The notes beneath the pieces are model-generated. The model searched no databases and was not told where the DNA came from. It saw only the letters and a list, made by a program, of their open reading frames with translations. 64,000 nt of DNA. Source: Eledone cirrhosa. Taxonomy: Eukaryota. Where the stretch lies: assembly GCA_964016885.1 (NCBI GenBank), contig OZ024741.1, positions 189,782,001-189,846,000 of the forward strand. The letters run 5' to 3'. Of the stretch, positions 53,635-64,000 are shown one piece after another. The position numbers and the translations under genes were made by a program. Every line of letters starts with the position of its first letter. Within the stretch, counting starts at the first letter, position 1.

Positions 53635-56600
53635 CATCATCATCATCATCGTTTAACGTCTATCTTCCACGCTAGCATGGGTTTAGACGGGAATTGTCCC
53701 ACTTGAGGCAAGATTGGTTGTCTTGCTCATGTAGGACTGTCTGGCAGGTTTTCTGTGGCTGGATGCCCTTCCTAATACCAACCACGTTTACAGTGTGGAC
53801 TGGGAGGTTTTTACCATGTTACCTACACGGCCACATTACAGCGTGGACTGTGTGTTTTTTTTTTTTTGTTGTGACACCTACACGACCTCATCTATTTAGG
53901 ACTGGATGTTGTGGTACCAACATAACTTTACAGCGAAAGGGGTGGTGTAGGTGGGGGTAGGGGTAGTGGGATGGGGGTGTATTTTGGTTAAGAGGTGCCT
54001 ACTGTCTGTAGGTTTCGCTTTGTACTTAGGCAAGGTGGGTCTTCTCTATTACTGCATAGCGCCAACGATCTCGGTCCAGTGACATTGTCTTAGAGAGGTG
54101 CAAGTGTGTAAGGTCGGAATTTATCAAATCGTTCCAGGTTTTTCTGGGTCTGCCTACTCCATAGCTACCGTCTATTTTGAATGCCTTGCATTTTTTTATA
54201 CAGCTGTCATCTTTCAAGCACATCACGTGACCATACCAACGTAGTCTTCTCTCGAGTAAACAGCATCTGATCCCTCTTATTCCTAATTTCTCACTTAGTT
54301 CATTTATGCTTTGCCATTCACGTATATTACTATTACACATCCCAAGCTTCATTCTTCTCCAGTCTGCGTAGATCCTCTGCACACAATGCCCATGTCTCAC
54401 TGCCATGTAACATTGCTATTCGAATGCAGGCATCATACAGTTTGCCTTTTATTTTTAGAGAGAAACCTTTAGCGGCCAATAGTGGTATAAGCTCTCTGAA
54501 CTTTTTCCATCCCGTTCTAACTCTAGCTACTGCTGATTTTGTCACCCAGGTAACGGAAGGTGTCTACTATTTCTATAGAACCATCTGGGCAATGGAAGGA
54601 GCTAGTATCCTGTGGGCACTTGCTACTACTTATTGCACCTGAGCACTGGCCACAGATAAAATCTAAGTTCTTAGTTAGCTTACCTGTGATCCAACTACAT
54701 CTTTTATGCACCCATACTTTGCATTTGGGGCATAAAATGGAATTTCTGCCTACTCCTTTCCTACACACTGAGCATGGCCATTTCCCAGAGGCGACCAGTG
54801 CCCTATTTTCCTTCCTACAAACTAGCACTTTAGTCTTAGACAAGTTAATTTTAAGACCTTTTGATTCTAGGCCATGCTTCCATATTTTGAATTTCTTTTC
54901 TAGTTCAGCCATCAATTCAGCTATGAGCGTTAGATCATCTGTGTATAGAAGTTCCCATGGCAGCCGGTCTTGAACTCCTCTGTTATAGCCTGAAGGGCAA
55001 TAATAAATAGGAGGGGGCTAAGGACAGAGCCCTGATAAACACCAACTTTTACGCTAAACTCTTCATTATATTCGTTGTTAATTCTAACCTTGCTGACTGT
55101 TTCTTTATACATGACACCTAGTTTTCTGAGAGCCCACCAGATAATGGAGCGGGGGACTTTGTCAAAGGCTTTTTCCAAGTCAACAAAAGCTAAGTATAGG
55201 GGTTTACTTTTAGCTAGGTACTTCTCCTGTAGTTGTCATACAAGGAAAAGAGCATCTGTGGTACTTTTACCTGACACAAACCCGAACTGCATTTCATCTA
55301 GCTCAATTCGCTCTCTGATTAGTTGCGCTATAACTTTTTCTGTGACCTTCATGACCTAGTCAATTAATTTAATGCCTCTATAGTTTCCCCTATCTAGGGC
55401 ATCTCCTTTACCCTTGTAGTAATTAATGATGATGATGCTGCTACACCAGTCCTTTGGTATGACCCCATTCTGTATGACTTGGTTTACTATCCGGGTGACC
55501 ATAGTGTGTCCCACCATTCCAGATGCTTTCAGCATTTCAGCAACTATTTCCGAAGGCCCAGCCACCTTACCCGTCTTCATATCTTTGATTGCCTTACTTA
55601 TTATACTATCTTCAACTTGCACTGCTGGTCTCTCTATTGGATCAATGTGGGGCAGACTGTCTGTGTCCCATTTTATTCTCCTTATTTAATAGCCTCTCGT
55701 AGTCACACTTCCAAGCTACCTTCTTATCAGTGTCAGTGATGGCAAGTACACCATCATCATTAAGGACACACTTCTCCCCGACAATATCACGGTTTTCCGT
55801 AACACATTGCCTAGCAATCCTGAACACCTCACGTTTTTGGTATTTAGAACATGCTTGAACTTTCTTTCCTCTGCTTCCCTTCTTGTGAAGTACACTTGTC
55901 TCCTAGCTTCTCTCCTGGCCATTTGATAGTGTTCTCTACTTCCCCCATCCCGCCATATTTTCCAAGCCTCCTTTTTGGCCTTGATTGACTCCTCCACCTT
56001 ACTGTTCCACCACCAAGTTACTCTCCTCCTGCCTATAGGTCTGCTCCAGCCTCAGATTTCATCTGTTGCCTTCAGCAGGTTAACTTTCAGGAATCCCACT
56101 GTTCCTCTATATTGTACATCTCTAATTGCTCTTCCTTACTGTCAAAAGCATCAAGTAATATGCTTTTAAATTTGTTACTGGCTGTGGGGTCCTTTAACTT
56201 CCATATTCTTCTTCTCAGTGTAGTCCTCCTCTGATGCTGAGTACGTCAAGTCCTGACTATGAGGTCACTAACTATGAGGCTATGTTGGGGGAGGGATTTT
56301 GTGTTTACGACAGACACTCTATCACGTCTTCTGGTAAGGATATAATATATCTGACTGGCGTGTTCCCCTGATCTATAGGTGATCAAGTGATTGTCTCATT
56401 TTTTTAAGTTTGTGTTACAGATAGTTAGGTTATTAGCGTCACAGAATTCTGAAGCTTTCCTCATTTCTAGTACCAAACCCATAGCCTCCATTGATTCCGT
56501 CATAGCCGTCACAATGTTGTCCAACGTGACCATTTTGGTTGCCAGCAATAATTATGTAGTCACTGTAGGATATTTGGGAGGTAGTGAGCATTAGCGACTC

Positions 56601-57140
56601 ATAGAATCTGTCTTTTATAATGCCAGGTAGTCCAGATTGGGGTGCATAAGCGGATATTATTGTCATAGTAGTTCTGTTTAGGACTAGTGTTATTTTAATT
56701 ATTCTGTCGTTCACTCTATTTACGGCAATTACCTTATCTACCCCTTTTTCTGCTAACATGATACCTACTCCACCCAGCCCATTGTCATTTCCCACCCAGA
56801 AAAGTTTATAGCATCGTTTTTTACCCACAATGAATCTAGCAGACCCACCCCTCCACCTAGTTTCTTGAACACAACAAACATCAACTTCCTTACATTCAAA
56901 CATTTCTACAACCTCATTTGAGTGACCTTTTAAGGTGCCTACATTCATGGTACCAACTCTGAAGTTTTGGATTTCGTTGGGTGGGTGGAAGGGATGGGTT
57001 GGAGGTGCAGGGAGGAGTGAGGGAGATGAGGTTATGTTAGCCATCCATGTCTGAAATAAAGAGGTGTCCTTGCATCCGGCAACAGGAGGTGAAGAGATAG
57101 GGAGAGATCAGGATTTTACCAGTTTTAAACTAGTAAGATC
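53635..57140 (-). mobile_element. Near-full-length but frameshifted RTE LINE (APE endonuclease, RT, PHD-like finger, 3' UTR)
   Basis: ORF pieces: GTMNVGTL..CCVQETRW..ISAYAPQ (APE); NYRGIKL; EKAFDKVPR..QGSVLSPLLF; KWPCSVC..; RRLRWYGH; (CAT)n tail at 53635. Confidence 0.95.
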
Positions 57141-57259
57141 ATTAGATCATTATTCAGCAGAGTACTTCATACTTGGGATAGTAGAATGTAAATATATTAG
57201 GGAATTAGGGCCCAACAGGTGAGCTCTTGCCATTTTGACAGAAAATTCCAGAGTCTGCA

Positions 57260-57297
<38 letters not shown>

Positions 57298-57449
57298 CCA
57301 GGAGATTCATAGTTATTGAAACGGTTAGTACTTTTTTATTTTTTAACCTGTATTTTCCGTTTGCTTCAGTTTAAATTTGTCAAACCAACATGGTCTTTCA
57401 ACCCTTGTAATTTTAAACACTATTTACTGTGTTTATTTCTACATATATT

Positions 57450-57780
57450 CATCATCATCATCATCGTTTAACGTCCATCTTCCACCACGCTTGCATGGGT
57501 TTGGATGGGAGTTTTCCTACTTGAGGCAAGATTGGTGGTCCTGCTCGTATAGGACTGTCTGGCGAGTTTTCTACGGCTGGATGCCCTTCCTAACACCAAC
57601 CACGTTTACAGTGTGGACTGGGAGGTTTTTACCGTGTTACCTACACGGCCACATTACAGCGTGGACTGTGTGTGTGTCGTGACACCTACACGTCTGGCGA
57701 GTTTTCTACGGCTAGGTGCCCTTCCCAACACCAACCACGTTTACAGTGTGGACTGGGAGGTTTTTACCGTGTTACCTACA
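57450..57780 (-). mobile_element. RTE 3' UTR fragment with internal duplication
   Basis: gtctggcgagttttctacggct...accgtgttacctacac occurs twice. Confidence 0.85.
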
Positions 57781-57784
57781 CAGT

Positions 57785-58161
57785 GTGTATAAGTATATTT
57801 CATTTTAATCAAAGAGTTCCCCGGGGGCACAAAACCCCTGCTGAAAATCTTTTCCCTTTGATTTATATGAAATTTAAACCATATGTAAATGACAAGATAT
57901 GATGCCTATTCACAAAAGTTTTGAATTGATATTTTGAAAAAAATTATTTACAAGAAACAAAATAAGAATAAGATTTAATAATGTAATTTTGATTTGATAT
58001 ATTACAAAAAATAATGTTTTCCAATTTTTCATGCATTACGTTTTACATGTAATATTGAAATGCAGAGTTTTTCTCCATAAATTATATCACTGATTCAATC
58101 ATCATTTTCTTACAAAACAAAAAATGTGTGAAACGCAGCAAGGCACAGGTAATTCAGCTAG
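57785..58161 (+). mobile_element. Probable Helitron 3' fragment
   Basis: AT-rich body ending in gcaaggcacaggtaattcagCTAG|t followed by (TA)n. Confidence 0.5.
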
Positions 58162-58219
58162 TATATATATAAAATGCAAGGGTGAGGTATTGGTGAGCAG
58201 ACTGTAGCACTTTGATTAA

Positions 58220-58440
58220 CCCTTTAGCATTTACATTACTCTATATTTACTATTATATTTTCCCAGTAAACACTTTATCTCACATAATTATCTCACGTAA
58301 TATCGAATCTATGAGATTTTGATATTATTTATTTTGAGAACAATACCTTAACATAAGTATGAGCACCCACTTATTGTCGGCTTGAACAGAAAGAGGTGAG
58401 ATACAACTGGTCAGATACAACTGGTTTAAATGCTAAAGGG
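58220..58440. mobile_element. piggyBac-type MITE
   Basis: ttaa|ccctttagcattt ... aaatgctaaaggg|ttaa. Confidence 0.85.
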
Positions 58441-58647
58441 TTAACCTATACTTTTGTCAGACAATATGGCTAATTACTTCACATATTAATCAATATTTTA
58501 ATACATATATATATATAAACATATATAAGAAAAGAGTCAGACTCAGCTCCGGCCATTTCGACAGTCTATTCTACTACTTTAAGTATTGAGTACTCTGGTC
58601 CATTATGGTCCACCTGGTATCTTACCACACCCTCCTTGCTGTATATA

Positions 58648-59000
58648 TCATCATCATCATCATCATTTTACGTCCGCTTTTTCCTTGCTAGCAAGGGTGG
58701 GACGGGAACTGATTCTGGCTTGATTTCTACAGCTGGATGTGTTGTTTCCTTAAGCAAGACACTTTATTTCACATTGCTCCAGTTTACTCAGCTGTAGAAA
58801 TGAGATGATAGAGACTGGGGTCCCTATCATTCCACTGCAAAGTGGTCATGCAGGTGCCGCAGCAAAAAAGCACCCAGCACTCACTGTAAATGAGGTTGGT
58901 GTTAGGAAGGGCATCCAGCTGTAGAAATCAGGCCAAAATCAGTTCCCGTCCCACCCTTGCAAGCAGGGTGGGACGTAAAATGAAATGATGATGAATGATG
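58648..59000. mobile_element. SINE B with an inverted copy of its own 3' tail replacing the head
   Basis: 58648-58740 is the reverse-complement tail; 58738-59000 is the forward body and tail. Confidence 0.8.
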
Positions 59001-59319
59001 AAGTTAGCATACTTCACTACTGTAAACAGTAACAGCAGCAGTTCTGTAAAATTAATTCATTAGCTTGCAGTGTTTATTTCAACTCCTCCTGTCAGTGATA
59101 TATAACTTACAAAGTGATGGGTTCTACCTTCTGATTTCCCTCGTGATTCATTACACAAAAAGTTAAGTTTATATGGTGTCCCTATGACCAAATGGGTTAA
59201 GTAATAAACCCTAATCTAAGCCTAAACCCAATACTCTCCTAACTCTACTGGCTGTAATTTCAATGTTATTATGACAAATCATAATCTTCCTCATTATCGT
59301 CATCTTCATTTGGATCATT

Positions 59320-59820
59320 CTATTTTCCATGTTAGTATGGTTTGAGCTGGTCTTCTCAAACACAGGGCCTTGCCAATTGTTGTAGTTACTTCTGTCCATA
59401 TCTTCATTGGTCTTCCACTTCTGCACTTTCCTTCCACTATCGTTTGGCACTTTTTTTTTTATTGTCTTCCTCCATACATATCACATGGTTACACCTGCAC
59501 AGTCTCATATATTGTGCATTCAATGGCCATGTTTAATTACCATTCAGCAATATGTTTATATAGAGGCATCATACACGATACTCTTTGCTCAAAAAGAGAA
59601 TCCCATTTTGTTGCCTGCAGAAGTAACAGCTTCCTGAACTTTATCCACTGCTAATTAGATCACCTAGGTAACAGAAGTTATCAATTACTTCTATAGAGCC
59701 TTTCAAACATTACAAAGAATATATTTTACTGATGCTCTAATTTCTAGCTACTCCTTTGTATCTGCCATATACAAAGTCTACATTCTTTATCAGCCTACCT
59801 GTGATCCCACTATAATTTTT
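59320..59820 (-). mobile_element. Old RTE LINE fragment
   Basis: Degenerate homology to the RTE C-terminus (tcacctaggtaacagaag). Confidence 0.55.
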
Positions 59821-60482
59821 AAGTTCACACATAGTTTACATTAAGTATGCTTTATATTGATATCTTATGTCAAGACTCACAAATCTTATGTAAATCATTT
59901 TATAGCTATGGTAGCTTGTCATATACATGCGATGCTGTTTTTATTAGTATTTATGGTAAGTGTATTAAGTAAAAGACCTGTTGTGATGATATTCAGACAG
60001 CTATTGTGAGAATAGCTTTAAAGGTCATTGCACTGATCCATTTGCTAATTATTGTTGCAGTAAGTTGTAAATTAACATTTATAACATTATGTCTTCTTAT
60101 AACATGTGACAAGATTTCACATAATGTTATTTTCACTTTCACTTTTAAATTATATTTTCTAATCTACTTAGTGTAAATAATTATATAGAAAAAGATAAAT
60201 AAACATAACCCGTATATATATATATATACACAGAGGTATCCACTGTAAGTTGTGGGGTCTATTCTGCATGAAGAACTCGATGTAATCCATATGTTGAAAA
60301 TGTTGTAGGTTAAGATAAATCTCGGAAAACAATAAAACATTAAAAGGAAAACAGAGTCATGCTATAAGTTAAAACAATGAAATAAAAAATCAAGTCATTA
60401 GAGATATACTTCACTGCTTTATGATCGTAGGAGTATACATACACACACATATATATATATATGTGTGTGTATATATATATAT

Positions 60483-60830
60483 ATCATCATTTCATCATTT
60501 CATTTTACGTCCGCTTTTCCCTGCTTGCAAGGGTGGGATAGGAACTGATTCTGGCTTGATTTCTACAGCTGGATGCCCTTCCACACACCAACTTCATTTA
60601 CAGTGAGTGCTGGGTGCTTTTTTTGCCGTGGCACCTCCACGACCACTTTGCAGTGGAATGATATGGACCCCAGTCCCTATCATCTCATTTTTACAGCTGA
60701 GTAAACTGGAGCAATGTGAAATAAAGTGTCTTGCTCAAGGAAATAACACATCGCCTGGTCTGAGAATTGAACTCACAACCTTTCGATTGCAAGCGCCCAA
60801 TACTCTAACCACTAAGCCATGTGCCTCCAT
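60483..60830 (-). mobile_element. SINE family B
   Basis: Reverse complement copy. Confidence 0.87.
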
Positions 60831-61552
60831 ATGTATATATATATATATGTATGTATATGTGTGTATATATGTGGGTATAGGTGTGTGTGTGGATATAGAT
60901 ATGTATGGATATGTGTGTATATGATTATGTGCATATGTGTAAATGTGTATTTAGGTTTGCATCTATTTGTGCGTATATATTTTTTTGGTTGGATATCAAT
61001 AGCACTAATCACCATTTATTTTGACATTCTTTTTAACTTCACTATACCAGATACATTCAACTATCAGTTTGACAATCCCTTTCCTCCCAATAGATTTTTA
61101 TGCCAATTCTACTATTAACACCATTCAACCATTCCTTTCAAAGGGTCATGACCTCAACTAAAGTGTATTACTTTTCATCTTAACACCATACGAAAAAACA
61201 ATTTGATTCGTTAGTTCTTCAACCACCTCCAAATAAGGACATGATACTAACATACTACTAATTCTGAATAAAATTATTATTGAATAAATTATTATTGCTT
61301 TTGAAAACAGCTGGTGATATGCATGTAAGTAAATATTCTCTTCATCTGATAGTTTGTAACTAACCTTACATAGATCAATAACGGAGTATAGCTACAATGT
61401 ATTATCATCATCTAGAAACGATCGTAAAGCAGTAAAGTATATCTCTAATGACTTGATTTTTTATTTCATTGTTTTAACTTATATATATATATGGATGGGG
61501 GGGGGGGTCAATTAGGTATATATATATATATGTATGTGGGTGTATGCATGTG

Positions 61553-61604
<52 letters not shown>

Positions 61605-61613
61605 TATATATGT

Positions 61614-61902
61614 TGGTACCACAGAACATCCAGTCCACACTAAAGTGGTCGTGTAGGTGTTGCACCAAAAAGCACCCAGTCCACGCTGTAAAGTGGTCAT
61701 GTAGGAGACATGGTAAAAAGGCTTCCAGTCCACATTGTAAATGTAGTTGGTGTTAGGAAGGGCATCCAGCCATAGAACACCTGCCAGATACAGTCCTATA
61801 CAAGCGAGACTTAGTCATCCGACCAATCTTGCCTCAAGTGGGACAATTCCCGTCTAACCCATGCTAGCGTGGAAGATAGACATTAAACGATGATGATGAT
61901 GA
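61614..61902 (+). mobile_element. RTE 3' UTR fragment
   Basis: 3' UTR modules and (GAT)n tail. Confidence 0.82.
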
Positions 61903-62364
61903 TATATATTTGTGGGACAGCCCGTTGTCGCCACTATTCAGCACTTCTAAATGCTGTTTCGTGCAGGTCATCGAAGAGCGTATACATTTTTGTGGGAGAG
62001 CCCGTTGTCGCCTCCTTACAGCACTTCTAAATGCTGTTTTGGGCAGGTCATAGAAGAGCGTATATATATATCATCATCCTTTAACATCCTCTTTCCATGC
62101 TAATCACAATTGGACGGGTCTATGTAGACCAAATCAGTACTGAAGAGGAGCTACACATGTATAGTCTTACATTCTATCAAGTGCATGAGGTGGGGTGTCA
62201 TGCCTTTGACACAACTGAAATGTCCTTCCAACCCTGTGTTTGGCCAGCTTTCTATGGCTGGATGCCCTTCCTATCACCAATCACTTTACAGTGTGTACTG
62301 GGTGCATTTATCATGAAGATCACATGTATGTCTGTACATATATATATATATATGTGTGTAAATA

Positions 62365-62575
62365 CAGTGTGTTCACTTTTTACGCAAAGATGCATTTGTG
62401 AATGCGACGTGTAAAGCAAATTCACGTTATTTGCGTGTTTCTGATAAATGAAAAAATTAAAAACCAAACACGCTATAGTGCGTTATTAGCGTAAAGTGAA
62501 TATTTAATAATATTTGTTCAAGACGCCTAAAGCAAATTTGTATACTTCAAGTTCACATAAAAAGCGAACATACTG
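62365..62575. mobile_element. Tc1/mariner-pogo-type MITE
   Basis: TA|cagtgtgttcactttttacg ... cataaaaagcgaacatactg|TA, a 20-bp TIR pair with a TA TSD. Confidence 0.8.
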
Positions 62576-62788
62576 TATATATAGTCTAGTTGTGAGTAGT
62601 CACATTGCCCTGTCACCTATGCTTATGTGTCATATGTTTGAGTGTTGCCAGCGCTAGGGTCAATGTCTTTTTCTCAATTTTTATTGCTAAATTGAAATAT
62701 CACCTCCACACACATGACTGTGTGTTGATTGGAATGATTGAGGTGATCTTAAGACAGCTATCCTCTGACAAGATGAAGCAGTCATCAT

Positions 62789-62819
<31 letters not shown>

Positions 62820-63890
62820 GTTGAAGGAAGACGTGGTAGAGGGAGACCACGAAAAACATGGGCGGAGGTGGTGAGAACAGACCTCAGATCATTGAAGCTC
62901 ACAGTGGAGATGATGAGGGACCGTGACGAGTGGAGAGATGCTGTGCTGAATAAGACCCGTCCCACCCTTGCAAGCAGGGAAAAGCGGACGTAAAATGATG
63001 ATGATGATGATGATGATATATATATATACATATATATATATATGCGTGTGTGTGTGTGTGTCAAATGTAGAAGATATATGTATATAGAAAGGATAATGAC
63101 TATTGAACTTGTTTATTGAGAAGCACATAATTCTAACATATTTATAATATGTTACATTTATATATATATATATAAATATGTTACGTCCATTTTTCCATGC
63201 TTGCATGGGTTGGACGGGTCATTCTCAGCACAGCATCTTTCCACTCATCGTGTTCCTTCATCATCTCCTCTGTGAGTCTCATTAATTTGAGGTCAGCTCT
63301 CACCATCTCTGCCCAGGTCTTTCTTTTTCTACCTCTGCTACAATTTCCTTCCAGTGGGATTTCTTGGCATTTTTTCACCCAGCGATCATCATCCATGCAC
63401 ATCACATTTCCATTACCAATGCAGTCTTCTCTCATGCACACCATCTCAGCTCATCCAAGCTCTGCTTTTCTCTCACACTTACATTGCACATCCAATGAAG
63501 CTTGGCTGCTTCATTTCTCTCCAGTCTACGCATGTCCTCTGAGTCACAGCCCATGTTTCACTCTCATGCAGCATCACACTTCACATACAGGTGTCATACA
63601 ATCATCCTTTTGTAGGTAAGGAAAAACCTTTTATGGTCAACTTGGGAGTAGCTCTCTAAATGTTTTCCTTCTTATCCGTATTCTAGCTAATATGCTTTCA
63701 GAACACCCTCCTCCATTGCTAATTACATCACCTAGATGGCAGAAGCTATCAACCACTTCCTGTGATTGGAAAAGGTTTATATCACTGGTGCTCTTCCCCT
63801 TTCTACATATTCAGCAGGACCATTTCCCTGAAGGGATCAGGGTCCTATAACTTCTCCTACTCACTAGCACTTTAGTTTTGGCTAAGTTTA
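62820..63890. mobile_element. Two RTE 3' fragments (62820-63015 +, 63180-63890 -)
   Basis: GRPRKTWAEVV..DL and RGRKRKTWAEMVRADL motifs with RTE tails. Confidence 0.8.
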
Positions 63891-64000
63891 TATATATCTA
63901 TACATTCACACATACATGCATTTTTATTCCAATATTGTTAAGAAACCGGATAATATTTACATTTTCACAAGATTTTTTAACATTTATCAACATCATCATT

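Noticed and set aside
53635-57140. Active, intact RTE element
   Set aside because: The ORF is broken by multiple frameshifts, stops and deletions.

Overview
AT-rich, microsatellite-dense eukaryotic DNA. The RTE LINEs with (GAT)n tails, the tRNA-derived SINEs and the ubiquitous (TA)n runs suggest a cephalopod such as octopus, but that is inference only. The only host coding sequence I can support is two canonical + strand exons of a Ca2+/calmodulin-dependent kinase I (CaMKI) gene (45761-45895 and 51686-51760), so most of the window is probably intron. The rest is a mosaic of mobile DNA: many RTE LINE fragments (one near full length, with a PHD-like finger in the RT region), a Tx1 LINE, Dong/R4 fragments, a CRE-clade LINE nested in a Penelope RT fragment with an 11-bp TSD, a Helitron, piggyBac-type and Tc1/pogo-type MITEs, two SINE families, and a 4.65-kb, 70-bp minisatellite that grew inside an RTE 3' UTR. 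The most striking structure is a dense set of short, non-coding, (TA)n-flanked asymmetric palindromes from several unrelated sequence families. Many carry complete or partial minimal type-I hammerhead ribozyme motifs and look like non-autonomous Penelope-like mini-elements. Repeat boundaries were read by eye and are approximate unless a TSD or splice site is quoted.
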